From: a virus
Lineage: Duplodnaviria; Caudoviricetes
Reading direction: 5' to 3' (one strand)
IMG/VR virus record: IMGVR_UViG_3300002092_000171
Coordinates: 1 to 26,152 of that record
Length of the DNA: 26,152 nucleotides
In this document: positions 6,620-16,793 of the stretch, in pieces
How the letters are laid out: every line of letters begins with the position of its first letter
Position numbering within the stretch: the first letter of the stretch is position 1
Made by a program: the position numbers and the translations under genes
The notes under the pieces: model-generated
Databases searched by the model: none
What the model was told of the DNA's origin: nothing
Seen by the model: the letters and a program-made list of their open reading frames with translations, nothing else

Positions 6620-9600
6620 ATGGCTGACGCCAATCCAATGCCAACTACCGGACCCATACAGGCGTCTACCTCTGCCGCAAACAACATTGTTCAACAACAT
6701 CCATGGATGGCCACACAAAGCCCTGAGATTACTGCTGATTTAATCCATAGCGGAGCAAGTCCAGATCAAGTTGATTTAGTAGACCACACAAGTCGTGGGG
6801 TTGCTATAGGCAATGCAATTACACAGCATCAAACAGATCACAATTCACATTCAATTTGGTCTGACGCCCTAGGTGGCGTTACTAATTTAGCTTCTGGTGT
6901 TGTTCATGCACTTGGACATGTAGTTCCAGGATTTAGCACAGTTGCTGGCTGGGCAAACAAAGGTTTGCAAGAAGTACAAAAAGATTTTAAGTTTATTGGT
7001 GGCGTTTACAAAGATCGCGGTATTGGCGAAGGTTTGCTCGCAACAGCAGGCGTAGTAGCTGGCGGGGTACTTGGTTCACTTGCAGGTCCAGAAGGAACTG
7101 TATTTGGAGCAACCCTAGGTGCAGATCTAGCAGGCATGGGAGAGCGTCAGATTCTTGGCCGCGTTATTCCTGCATGGCAGCAGCCATACAAGCAATCTAA
7201 CGACCCTAAATTTATTATGAACCCAGGGCACGTGGTAGCAGATGTGCTATCAAAAGTCCCAGGTCTTAAATCATTAGCTGATACAAACCATGGTTGGGGC
7301 CAGACAGTTTCAGGCCTTACAGACATGGGTTTTGATTTTTCACTAGACCCACTTGTTGGACTAGGTAAACTTTCTGGAGCCATGAAGTCTGGTGGCTTTG
7401 TTAAAGGTGTAGCGCAAGAAGGCAAGCAAGTAGGAGTAGTATTTACTTCAAAACTAGCGAATGCAGCACCAGCTGTTGGTGAGTTTTTACAAAAGAACAC
7501 AGGAGTTGCTTTCAATTCTGAAGGTGTTCAGATGGTATTTGAGAATGGCAAGAACATTGCCAATGCTGGATTACTTGGCAAGGTAGGAAATACCTTTAAC
7601 CCATTTACATCTTCAGCTCGTAATTTTTATCGTGCCGTTAATACAATAGCTGAAGAGAGCAATCCAGTTGCCATTCAAGCAATGTTTCCAGCATCAAGAA
7701 TATCCAATAAAGTAGCACAAGATTTGGCTAAAGCCACAGAATCCAAAGATGTCGTTAATATCCTTGGTGATTCTTTGTATACGCGTGAAGTTGGAGCTAA
7801 TGGAGATCTGCAGGGTCTTTCTAATCGCTTAGTACTTCCCACTCAAACAGTAGCCCGAGCATGGTATGGCAAGGGTATCGACCATATGCTTCAAAAGGCA
7901 GGGGATCCAACCCTTGACGAGACACGTAATCTTATCCTTCCAAAAAAGGTAGCTGTCAAAGATGCCGATGGAAACTTCTTAGATGCTGAAGGTAATAATG
8001 TAGCTGAAAGCGGTAAGCCAAAAACTTATCAAAATCTTTACGGTGGACTTTTTACTAAGTCAGCAGATGGTCAATATCAAATTTGGAATGCTGCTGCTGG
8101 TAAAGTACGTACGTTTACAGGATACCGCGCACTTAGTCTTAATAAAACTCTCATGGAGCAATCATCCAAAACATTAAGTTTTGACGATCCTCAACTAGGT
8201 GTGACAATTTATAATATGGCCCGCTATGCAATGGGTCGACAAGCTGCGCTTGAAGTGTCTTCTAACATTATGAAACATGTCGGAGTAGACGATGCCCAGT
8301 TTAATATTGCATATTCTAATCTTACAAAAGAAATTGCAAAAGCTGCTGGCGTAAGCAATGATGAAAACCTTGTTCGCAACGTCATGTCTCAAATTCAACG
8401 TGCACATATTTCTGGACCAAATGAACTTAAATCGTATGGCCAAACAGTTGGTGGCAACAATATGCCAGGCACCGAAATGCGAGACACACTGGATGAGACT
8501 GGCAAGTCTATCCCGCAAGATCCACAACAAGTAGCGCTTTGGGAAAGTCAGCTCGGAAGTGCTGCTATTATGGATTTCAAACAACTTCGCAAATCAATTC
8601 AAGAAGCAAATGCGTACAACCGTATTTATCAAAAAGCTGATGATTTCTTTACTTGGTATACAGAAAAAGCTTTTGCTCCTTTAACTCTTTTTACAACAGG
8701 TTTTGGTATTCGCGTTGCGATGGGTGAGGCTCTTCACCAGGTTTTGCGCAATGGTCCAAAAGACTATTTACAGAATGTAATTGCTTCCAGTGCTTTACGT
8801 TACGATAAAGATATTGCAACAAATTCGCAAATCAAAAAAGCTCTTGATGACTTTAAAAAGAACCGTCTTGCTGAAAGCATTACTAAAGAAGACCATGCAG
8901 CCATGGCCGGTAAAAACAATGGAATTGTCAAAGAAAATGAAGTAACAAAACATATCAATGAAAAAACAGAGCTTTGGGATAAACTTCATTTACCGCGCCC
9001 AGTAGGTTTTATATCTAGCAAAATTGCACCATACGTTGCCGCTGATAAAGTAGCAATAGTCCATGATTTTCAACAGACATATGGGATTATCCTACCTGAA
9101 GCTGCAGCAGCTAACCATTTGGCAAAAGCATCTTCCGCTGCTGAAAGCGAAGTAGGCACGCTCGCGCAATTGCTACGTAAGCCAGTAAAGGGTGGCAAAG
9201 ACCCATTAGCCCTTTTTGATTATACGCATCCAAGTTATCATGGTGGATGGGCTACGCAATTAAACGATATTTCAAAAAGCACGTTTGGCAAAGACATTGC
9301 TAATGATTATTTGGCTCTCAGCAAAAACAAAAGCTTTACAAACCTCAATACTGATAAGCAATGGCAAAAAATCAAGGAGCTTCATACAGAGCGCCTAAAG
9401 ACTATGCCAGCTGAGTATAAGGCCCTTCAAGGCCGAATGATTGGTCTTCGCTGGGGAAAGCCAGAGTCTTTTGCTTCTAACCAAGTTGAAGCAATGCGCA
9501 GCCTTGTAGAAGGCCAGGATAAGACTATCCATGCAGATCTCATTAACAACATTGCTAATGGCAAAAGCGTAACTGCCGATACATTGCGTGACAAGCTACC

Positions 9601-11458
9601 GGAAAGCGGACCATTAAAAGTTATTGGTCGTGTGCGCCCAGATTCATCAAGCATGTTTAATAAAGTTATTGAAGCTGGTCACCGCACAATGATTAGCCCT
9701 ATTATTGACCACGTATCGCGTGAGCCAATCTTTAACCATTATCTTTATGAAAATTATCGTGCTTACAAGCCAGCAATAGATGCTGGAGTCCTGGATCACG
9801 AAACAGCCTTGCGCCTATCTGGCCAAACTGCTGTTCAGGACATGTTGCCTTTAATTCACAATCCAGCTTTGCGTTCTCAAATGGCTATGATGCACCGTAA
9901 TTTATTGCCATTTTACTTTGCTCAAGAGCAGGCAATAAAGCGCGTCGGTCGCCTCATTCTAACCAATCCAGCTGCAGCTCGTGATTTTCAAATGATTAAC
10001 CAAGGCATGAATAACCCAGGATTTGTACATACCGATCCTAGCGGACAACAATACATTGTTTACCCAGTAATTGGTCATTTTGGTGAAGCAGTTGCTCGCG
10101 GCATGGATGCTCTTGGATTTAAGCAGTATGTCGGCCTACCAATGTCTATTACCGGTAGCACGCAATCTCTTCTTTCTGTTTTACCTGAAGCAAAAATGCC
10201 ATCTGTGAACCCATTTGCTAACGTTGCTGTAACAGATTTAGCGCAACGATTCCCTAATTTTATGGGATTATCAAAAGTGGCAGATCGTGTTGCAAACTTG
10301 TCTACAGGTGCTAACCCATTTGATCCAAACTCATCTGGTCATTTGTCAACAAGTATGCTTGACACTATGATTCCTAATTCATCTATTCGCGACTTGTTCA
10401 ACGCATTACACCCAGATCAACGCGAGTCAATGATTCAAAGTTCAATGCAATCTGCCATCGCTTCAGCATTTATGAGCGGTCAGCTTGACAAGCAAGAGTT
10501 TGCGCAGATGACTCCATCTGAACAGCAGGCAGTACTTGATAAGATTCAGCACAATGCTCAAACTAACCTATTAGTTAAAGGCTTGTTGGCATTTTTCCTT
10601 CCTTTGTCACCTAACGTGACTAACGATCATTATACTAAAAATCTTCAGACATTCCGATCTGAATTTTTACAAATGGTACAGGAAGAAACAGCTAAAAAGA
10701 CTCCAAATGCTTTTGGTGCAGCACAACAACGTTTTATGGAAGAACATGGTGATAATGCTTTATCCTACACCGTATCACGTACTGTATCTGGTAGCGGTGG
10801 ATCATCTATGCCATTATCTGATGCTGTATTAAAATACATTGATAACAACAAGGGATTGTTTGATTCGCATCCATACGCTGCTGCATATCTTGTGCCTCAA
10901 ACAGATTCTTCCCCCGATGCGCTTAAGGTTGAAAAGCAACTGCTTGCTATGAACCTTCGCCAGAAGAGAACTCCTAAAGAATTTCTAGATGCTATCTACG
11001 TTTCCAAAGGATGGTCAGATCTCCAACCCTCGCTTGATAAATATCATTCACTTATGGACGCAGCCCAGAAGGCTGGCAACCGCCCACTGATTGGTCAACT
11101 AGCAGGAGCCTGGAAACAGTTTACTCAGACATATGGATTGCAAAATCCAATCTGGTATGCTGACTACCAAAACCCAACTAAAACAACAAGCGCAAATCAA
11201 GCTCTTGCTCAGCTCCAAGACCTTAACAAAAATGGTAAACTTGGGAACTCAAATGTTGCTCCTGGAATCAAGTCGCTCCTTGCTTCGTATGACAATTTAC
11301 ATGCAGCACTTCAATCAACTATGTATATGAATGGTCAGCGCCACACGCCACAGTATTCAGCATATATCAACGCATGGACTGACTACTTAAACAATTTAAA
11401 AATATCTAACCCAGAGCTAACTAATGTGATTAGTGGCGTATTTAAGAGAGTGGTATAA
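6620..11458 (+). CDS. Large putative internal virion / DNA ejection protein (1612 aa)
   Basis: Very long, helical-looking ORF with an N-terminal glycine-zipper hydrophobic segment (GLLATAGVVAGGVLGSLAGPEGTVFGATLG). The C-terminal part with LLPFYFAQEQAIKR is reminiscent of podoviral ejection proteins. Function is inferred. Confidence 0.65.
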   Translation: MADANPMPTTGPIQASTSAANNIVQQHPWMATQSPEITADLIHSGASPDQVDLVDHTSRGVAIGNAITQHQTDHNSHSIWSDALGGVTNLASGVVHALGHVVPGFSTVAGWANKGLQEVQKDFKFIGGVYKDRGIGEGLLATAGVVAGGVLGSLAGPEGTVFGATLGADLAGMGERQILGRVIPAWQQPYKQSNDPKFIMNPGHVVADVLSKVPGLKSLADTNHGWGQTVSGLTDMGFDFSLDPLVGLGKLSGAMKSGGFVKGVAQEGKQVGVVFTSKLANAAPAVGEFLQKNTGVAFNSEGVQMVFENGKNIANAGLLGKVGNTFNPFTSSARNFYRAVNTIAEESNPVAIQAMFPASRISNKVAQDLAKATESKDVVNILGDSLYTREVGANGDLQGLSNRLVLPTQTVARAWYGKGIDHMLQKAGDPTLDETRNLILPKKVAVKDADGNFLDAEGNNVAESGKPKTYQNLYGGLFTKSADGQYQIWNAAAGKVRTFTGYRALSLNKTLMEQSSKTLSFDDPQLGVTIYNMARYAMGRQAALEVSSNIMKHVGVDDAQFNIAYSNLTKEIAKAAGVSNDENLVRNVMSQIQRAHISGPNELKSYGQTVGGNNMPGTEMRDTLDETGKSIPQDPQQVALWESQLGSAAIMDFKQLRKSIQEANAYNRIYQKADDFFTWYTEKAFAPLTLFTTGFGIRVAMGEALHQVLRNGPKDYLQNVIASSALRYDKDIATNSQIKKALDDFKKNRLAESITKEDHAAMAGKNNGIVKENEVTKHINEKTELWDKLHLPRPVGFISSKIAPYVAADKVAIVHDFQQTYGIILPEAAAANHLAKASSAAESEVGTLAQLLRKPVKGGKDPLALFDYTHPSYHGGWATQLNDISKSTFGKDIANDYLALSKNKSFTNLNTDKQWQKIKELHTERLKTMPAEYKALQGRMIGLRWGKPESFASNQVEAMRSLVEGQDKTIHADLINNIANGKSVTADTLRDKLPESGPLKVIGRVRPDSSSMFNKVIEAGHRTMISPIIDHVSREPIFNHYLYENYRAYKPAIDAGVLDHETALRLSGQTAVQDMLPLIHNPALRSQMAMMHRNLLPFYFAQEQAIKRVGRLILTNPAAARDFQMINQGMNNPGFVHTDPSGQQYIVYPVIGHFGEAVARGMDALGFKQYVGLPMSITGSTQSLLSVLPEAKMPSVNPFANVAVTDLAQRFPNFMGLSKVADRVANLSTGANPFDPNSSGHLSTSMLDTMIPNSSIRDLFNALHPDQRESMIQSSMQSAIASAFMSGQLDKQEFAQMTPSEQQAVLDKIQHNAQTNLLVKGLLAFFLPLSPNVTNDHYTKNLQTFRSEFLQMVQEETAKKTPNAFGAAQQRFMEEHGDNALSYTVSRTVSGSGGSSMPLSDAVLKYIDNNKGLFDSHPYAAAYLVPQTDSSPDALKVEKQLLAMNLRQKRTPKEFLDAIYVSKGWSDLQPSLDKYHSLMDAAQKAGNRPLIGQLAGAWKQFTQTYGLQNPIWYADYQNPTKTTSANQALAQLQDLNKNGKLGNSNVAPGIKSLLASYDNLHAALQSTMYMNGQRHTPQYSAYINAWTDYLNNLKISNPELTNVISGVFKRVV

Positions 11459-11943
11459 TGTCAGTAATTACTAAGACAGCTGCAAAGAGTAACCTTACTC
11501 TACCAGGTGGCCCAAGCTCTAAAGTTGCTACATTTGACCCAAATGCAGGCACTGCTACTCAGGCTATCTTTCAACCTAAAACAACTACAATTACTGATAC
11601 CACCCAATCTTCGCAACCTGATATTATTGCTTCGCTTAATGGTGTTATGCAGTCATTATTTGGCCGTTTAGCTACGCCTGAAGAGGTACAGAAATATGGC
11701 AGTGAACTTTTGGCATATCAAAAGTCAAACCCAACCACAGGAACGCAAAATCTTAAGTATGATGTAACTGGAAAACCTTTAACTGGAACAAACCAGATGA
11801 CAAGTACAAGTACTGATCCACAATCATTTTTTGCCAGCCTTCTTCAGGGCACCGCCGAAGCTTCTCAATACAGAATTATGGGAACATATTTGGATGCTCT
11901 AAAAAACATGGCAGATTCATCGAAGGGAAGCTTCAATGGCTGA
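11458..11943 (+). CDS. Hypothetical protein, putative internal virion protein (161 aa)
   Basis: TAATG-coupled to the previous gene. Thr/Gln-rich with an LFGRLATPEEV motif. Confidence 0.75.
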   Translation: MSVITKTAAKSNLTLPGGPSSKVATFDPNAGTATQAIFQPKTTTITDTTQSSQPDIIASLNGVMQSLFGRLATPEEVQKYGSELLAYQKSNPTTGTQNLKYDVTGKPLTGTNQMTSTSTDPQSFFASLLQGTAEASQYRIMGTYLDALKNMADSSKGSFNG

Positions 11944-13516
11944 AGATGCAACAGGTTTAGACCAATGGCTTTCTGGGCAAGGATTGGACCAAGCTTCTGA
12001 TCAAAAGAGAGCAGCAGATGCTGCTGCTGCCAGAAAGAAGCAATCTGATACAAAAAAAGCTAATGCAACTTTAGCACAATTTCGCAATGCTGCAGAAGAA
12101 GCTGCTAAAGCTTTACAGACGGCAACATTTGATTACAAGCAAGGTGGCATGACAAAAGACCGTCTTAACGGCATTTATAAAGCTTATGTAACTGCGCAAG
12201 ATCAGCTTTACACAATGGATGCTCCTGGCGCGGCTCAAATCCAAACAAAATATTTTCCACAAGCAAAAGCACCAGCTACAACTACAGAGCAAGCAGCACC
12301 GTCTGATGTTTCTAAAAATGTTAATGGTGTAGCTCCAACAATTGTTTTTGACAAAAATGGTAATCCCGTAAAGAACTCTGATGGCTCATATAAAACAGCT
12401 GTGGGCGCTACTGCACCAGACGCAACACCAGCTAAAGCCGCAGCACCAGCTGCTTCAGTAGTTAGCTCTAATCCATTTCAAACAATCACTTCTTCCGATA
12501 AGCAAGTTCAAGGACCACTGCTGCCAGCAGATGAAGCTGCTCGCTGGGCCAAAAATTATGGAGCAATTGGAGCTATGGCTCTTACAATTCCATGGATGGC
12601 AAACATTCTTAAAGATGCAGCCAGCCAAGGTTGGAACGCTCAGAAATTTACACAAGAAGTTAAAAGCTACAAAGACCCAACAAGTGGCCAATCTCCGTGG
12701 GACGCTTTGGGTGCGGCTTACAGAGACTCAACGCTTGCTTACTATGATAATAAAGCAGCGTGGGGTCAGCAATACAACGACAAACTAACCATCCTTCAGC
12801 AATCAGCAATCCGTCAAGGATTAGACCCAGCAGCATTTGGAACTCAAATTGATTTAACCGACCCAAAGGCTATTGATGCTGCATACAAGGATCAGCATAG
12901 CGGAGTAAACAGTTTCTTTAATGCTTTTTATAACAACATGCCAGATATGGGTGTTATTGACAAATATGTATCTAACCATACAACCCTTGCCAAAACTGAC
13001 CAAAATGTTTACGCTGGTATAATCTCTCAAAATGTTGATGCACTTAAGTCTTATGCAAATGATATGGGAGTAGCATCACAGTATCTTCCAAAAGTACAAG
13101 GATCTACTGGAGACTATTTTGGCAATGCAGCCAAGCTGATTCAAGATGGCAATACTACCTTGCAAGAGCAACAAAATTATATTAAAGATCAAGCAATTTC
13201 AATGTATGCTCCATTTGCCAACCGAATCAAAGAAGGTATGTCCGTTAAAGCGCTTGCTAGCCCTTACGTGAATGCCGCATCTAATCTTCTTGAAAACCAA
13301 GATCAGACAGCATTTGATTTAAGTTCTACTACTGGTTATGGTTCAATGATTACCAAAGCAATGCAAGGTGATGGACAAACCCCTATGGCTCTTGACAAGT
13401 TTGTAACATCAATTAAACAGCGTCCAGAATGGCTGCAAACAAGCAATGCCCGTAATAGTCTTATGGATACTGCTACACAGCTTCTTCGCAACTTCGGAAT
13501 GGTAACAGGTGGATAA
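11936..13516 (+). CDS. Hypothetical protein, putative internal virion / ejection protein (526 aa)
   Basis: Overlaps the previous stop, GAGGGA RBS. Ala/Gln-rich and helical-looking with a Pro/Ala linker. Confidence 0.7.
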   Translation: MAEDATGLDQWLSGQGLDQASDQKRAADAAAARKKQSDTKKANATLAQFRNAAEEAAKALQTATFDYKQGGMTKDRLNGIYKAYVTAQDQLYTMDAPGAAQIQTKYFPQAKAPATTTEQAAPSDVSKNVNGVAPTIVFDKNGNPVKNSDGSYKTAVGATAPDATPAKAAAPAASVVSSNPFQTITSSDKQVQGPLLPADEAARWAKNYGAIGAMALTIPWMANILKDAASQGWNAQKFTQEVKSYKDPTSGQSPWDALGAAYRDSTLAYYDNKAAWGQQYNDKLTILQQSAIRQGLDPAAFGTQIDLTDPKAIDAAYKDQHSGVNSFFNAFYNNMPDMGVIDKYVSNHTTLAKTDQNVYAGIISQNVDALKSYANDMGVASQYLPKVQGSTGDYFGNAAKLIQDGNTTLQEQQNYIKDQAISMYAPFANRIKEGMSVKALASPYVNAASNLLENQDQTAFDLSSTTGYGSMITKAMQGDGQTPMALDKFVTSIKQRPEWLQTSNARNSLMDTATQLLRNFGMVTGG

Positions 13517-14736
13517 TGGCCGGTGAACATAGCGGATCAATGATTAGCCAATTAAATGGCTCATCAACAGATAAGGCAACACCTACAATTCCAGCAATTA
13601 GCGAACCAGCAGCGCCAGCAGCACCAGTAGCGCCATCGGCTCCAGCAGCGCCAGCGCCAGTTGATGCCCCTCTTGGGACCAGTTCTGGAACTGGTAACAC
13701 TGTTCCCGCAACGGCTCTAACCCCAGCAGATATAACTTCTGCAGTTAATGCGGCTATAGGCCCATTGCAAAAACAAAATGCTGATTTGCAAACACAGCTA
13801 ACAGCTGCAAATTCTCAAAAAACGCTTGATAAAACTTTGACTGATATGAATGCTTTACAGCTTCTTCAATCTACTCTTAGCGGCTACAATATTGATCCTA
13901 GTGGATCTATTAGCAATGCTATTCTTGGAATGCAGCAAAACAATTATGATGCTGCTACAATTCAAGCATTAATTGAAGACCCAGCATCTGTTAAATCTAC
14001 AGACCCAAATGTTAAAGCTTTGGCCACGGCTTGGAATACTCGTTTTGCTGGCAACGTCCAGCGTATTGCCAATGGGCAAAATCCTCTTGCGCCAAGAGAT
14101 TATATTAATAATGAAAATGCATACCGTGACATTATTCACGCAGCTGGACTGCCTTCTGGTTTTTATGATAACGCAGAACATATGGCTAATCTTATTGGCA
14201 ATGATATTGCCCCTACTGAACTTCAGGATCGCATTATAACAGCATCAAAGTCAATTGTCAACCAAGACCCATTTTACACTAGCGCTCTTCAGCAATATTA
14301 TGGTTTATCCCCAGCAGATATGATTGCTCACGCACTTGACCCTAATGTTGCCCTTCCATTGTTACAACGACAGGCAGCATCTGCAACCTTTGGTGCAGCC
14401 GGTACTCGTCAAAATGTTAACATTGACAAGCAAACAGCACAACAATATGCAGCACTTGGAGTAACACAAGCTCAAGCAGAATCTGGCTTCCAGTCAGTTG
14501 CTCAAGCTTTGCCTACTGAACAAAAGTTGGCTTCAATCTATGGTGGAGACAACACTCAATTTGGTTCAGCTGGACAACAGCAAAGCAACTTGATAGCTGC
14601 TACATTTGGTGGTGCAAGTGGTGCTTCTGCAGAACTTCAACTTAAGAAACTTCAACAACAAGAAGTAAACGCGTTCTCTGGTTCATCAGGAGTAGATAAG
14701 AACTCACTCTTTGGAACTACAGCAGGACAATTCTAA
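13516..14736 (+). CDS. Hypothetical protein, putative internal virion / ejection protein (406 aa)
   Basis: TAATG-coupled. N-terminal PAAP repeats, a coiled-coil segment and an Ala/Gln/Gly-rich C-terminus. Confidence 0.7.
   Translation: MAGEHSGSMISQLNGSSTDKATPTIPAISEPAAPAAPVAPSAPAAPAPVDAPLGTSSGTGNTVPATALTPADITSAVNAAIGPLQKQNADLQTQLTAANSQKTLDKTLTDMNALQLLQSTLSGYNIDPSGSISNAILGMQQNNYDAATIQALIEDPASVKSTDPNVKALATAWNTRFAGNVQRIANGQNPLAPRDYINNENAYRDIIHAAGLPSGFYDNAEHMANLIGNDIAPTELQDRIITASKSIVNQDPFYTSALQQYYGLSPADMIAHALDPNVALPLLQRQAASATFGAAGTRQNVNIDKQTAQQYAALGVTQAQAESGFQSVAQALPTEQKLASIYGGDNTQFGSAGQQQSNLIAATFGGASGASAELQLKKLQQQEVNAFSGSSGVDKNSLFGTTAGQF
13606..13659 (+). repeat. Imperfect 9-bp coding tandem repeat (CCAGCAGCG-like) encoding PAAPAAPVAPSAPAAPAP
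   Basis: Directly visible in the DNA and the translation. Confidence 0.75.
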
Positions 14737-14738
14737 CA

Positions 14739-14852
14739 AGCTTGCCCGATCGACCAGCATCGGAGCTACGTAACCTAAAGACTGGTAGTAGGAGCCATTA
14801 TTTATCTCCCCTGATATCTAATGTGGCCTGCGTTAACTTACAGAAAAGGGAG
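14739..14852 (+). ncRNA. Candidate structured cis-regulatory leader RNA upstream of the scaffold gene
   Basis: Two hairpins whose loops each have a downstream complement (ACCAG/CTGGT and CTCCC/GGGAG, the latter being the RBS). This is the longest non-coding gap in the virion operon. Confidence 0.55.
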
Positions 14853-14859
14853 TGCCAAA

Positions 14860-15372
14860 ATGGCAAAACATACACTATACGATGAAGACGGTAATCCAGT
14901 CGAAGTCGAAATTGCAGAGCAAGATAACGATAATGGGCCTGCCCAGCTTCGCCGTGCTCTCAAAAAAGAACAAGCTGAACGCGCCGCAGAGCGTGCGGAA
15001 CTTGAAGCACTTAAGGCAAGAGTCCGTGCGACAGAAGTCGAAGGTGTATTAACGGCTAAGGGTGTGCCGGGCAAGATTGCTAAGTTCATACCTAGCGACA
15101 TTGCAACACCTGACCAGATTAACCAGTGGCTAGTTGATAATGCTGATGTATTTGGCTTTCAACACACTACCCAATCTGATCCGCTCAACGAAGAGAGAAA
15201 AGAAGCTGCTTCTCAGTTCCAACGCATTAATGCAGCGACTGAAACAGCGATCCCAGCAAGTAACATTGCTGACCTTACAGCCCGAATCAATAATCCAAAT
15301 TTGTCAAAGGCTGACCTAGATGCCATTACAGGCGTTCAAGGTAATATGGGTTCTGGACGTAGAGCTTATTAA
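14860..15372 (+). CDS. Capsid scaffolding protein (170 aa)
   Basis: Start moved to the ATG at 14860 behind the AAAGGGAG RBS. Acidic N-terminus and coiled coil (LRRALKKEQAERAAERAELEALKAR), immediately upstream of the major capsid gene. Confidence 0.78.
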   Translation: MAKHTLYDEDGNPVEVEIAEQDNDNGPAQLRRALKKEQAERAAERAELEALKARVRATEVEGVLTAKGVPGKIAKFIPSDIATPDQINQWLVDNADVFGFQHTTQSDPLNEERKEAASQFQRINAATETAIPASNIADLTARINNPNLSKADLDAITGVQGNMGSGRRAY

Positions 15373-15408
15373 TTCCATTTTAACTAACCCTAGAAAGGGG
15401 TAACGCAC

Positions 15409-16464
15409 ATGGCGACTTCCTACACAGGAACGAACAATACCGGTTCAGCCGTTGGTACATCAGTTGTACAAACAGCTTACGACCGTTATATCGAACTCGC
15501 ACTTCGTGCTGTGCCTATGGTCCGCGACCTTGCGGATAAGAAGCCAGTACAACAGGCTATGCCTGGTTCATCTATTCTATTCAATATCTACTCAGACATG
15601 GCTCCAGTTACATCTGCGCTATCTGAGACAACAGATCCTGATGCGATTGCACTTGGTTCAACAACACCAATCACAGTAACACTCAATGAATACGGTAACG
15701 CTTCACTCGTTACTCGTAAGCTCGAGTTGTTCTCATTCTCAGATATCGATCCAGCTCTTGTCGACATCATCTCATACAACATGCTCGATTCTCTCGATGC
15801 TGTTGCTCTCCAGGAACTTGTCGGCGGCCCACAGGCTGTTGCTGAAGTTAATGGCAACCTTGTTTCAACCTTCGATGGTTCGTACACACCTGGTGTAACA
15901 CAGGGTACAGTTCGTTCAACGGACACAATCAAGGCACGCGATATTCGTTTCGCAGTGGCTAAGCTCCGTGCTAATAAAGTAGTTCCTCGCCAAGGCGACT
16001 ACTACTATGTCGGCATGCACCCAGAAGTTTCACACGATCTTCGTGCTGAAACTGGTGTTGGTGGATGGCGCGATGACCACAAGTACTCAGAGACAGGTTC
16101 TTCTGAGTTCTGGCCAGGCACAATTGGAACATACGAAGGCGCAATGTTTGTTGAGTCTCCACGTATGTTTAACACCGCTGACGGTGCAATCGGAACAGCA
16201 GCTAACACATCATACACAGGCACATTTGGTACAACCTCATATGTCAACGGTACAGGTGGAACACGCGTATTCCGTACACTCGTAGCTGGTAAGCAAGCAC
16301 TTGCTGAAGCGGTTGCTGAAGAGCCACATGTGGTCTTTGGTCCAATCGTTGACAAGTTGCTCCGTTTCCGTCCAATTGGATGGTATGGCGTACTTGGTTT
16401 CAAGCGCTACCGTGATCCTGCATTGATTCGTATTGAATCAACGTCTTCAATTCACAACTCCTAA
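15409..16464 (+). CDS. Major capsid protein (HK97 fold, N4-gp56-like)
   Basis: 351 aa after the scaffold with GAAAGGGG RBS. Motifs TVTLNEYGN, YYVGMHPEVSHDLR, GTIGTYEGAMFVES and DKLLRFRPIGWYG. Biased codon usage suggests high expression, and a hairpin follows. Confidence 0.9.
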   Translation: MATSYTGTNNTGSAVGTSVVQTAYDRYIELALRAVPMVRDLADKKPVQQAMPGSSILFNIYSDMAPVTSALSETTDPDAIALGSTTPITVTLNEYGNASLVTRKLELFSFSDIDPALVDIISYNMLDSLDAVALQELVGGPQAVAEVNGNLVSTFDGSYTPGVTQGTVRSTDTIKARDIRFAVAKLRANKVVPRQGDYYYVGMHPEVSHDLRAETGVGGWRDDHKYSETGSSEFWPGTIGTYEGAMFVESPRMFNTADGAIGTAANTSYTGTFGTTSYVNGTGGTRVFRTLVAGKQALAEAVAEEPHVVFGPIVDKLLRFRPIGWYGVLGFKRYRDPALIRIESTSSIHNS

Positions 16465-16477
16465 TCTGAATTAGGTT

Positions 16478-16508
16478 GAGTGGTCCCCTCTTTGGAGGGG
16501 GCCTACTC
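16478..16508 (+). terminator. Stem-loop after the capsid gene (partial terminator or mRNA stabiliser)
   Basis: GAGT-GGTCCCCTC-TTTG-GAGGGGGCC-T-ACTC. It lacks a long U tract. Confidence 0.65.
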
Positions 16509-16524
16509 TTAACGAAAGGAAAGC

Positions 16525-16785
16525 ATGTCATATACATTCACACCGCCAGTTACAAAAGAAGCACCAGCTGGTTTTGGTGCACTGTTTTGGCGCTATCCTA
16601 TCAATCGCGCTGATTCACTTCTTATGACAAATGGAGTGGTCACTCGCAATAGAACATTTGAAGTATCAGAAGTTACTGCAGCAGAATATGCTTACATTGG
16701 TGGGCATGTTTATACTATATCCCAAAAAGAACGCGATCAATTGATTGCAGCAGGATATGGTGCCACAATCACAACAGTTGCCTAG
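16525..16785 (+). CDS. Hypothetical protein (86 aa), possibly virion-associated
   Basis: GAAAGGA RBS, first gene after the capsid gene. Confidence 0.8.
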   Translation: MSYTFTPPVTKEAPAGFGALFWRYPINRADSLLMTNGVVTRNRTFEVSEVTAAEYAYIGGHVYTISQKERDQLIAAGYGATITTVA

Positions 16786-16793
16786 GAGCCAAC

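Noticed and set aside
6620-11458. Tape measure protein or virion RNA polymerase
   Set aside because: No periodic tape-measure repeats, no adjacent tail tube or frameshifted chaperone genes, and no polymerase catalytic motif recognised.
14821-14859. Upstream ATG start for the scaffold given in the ORF track
   Set aside because: It has no RBS and lies inside the predicted leader hairpin, whereas the ATG at 14860 follows AAAGGGAG.
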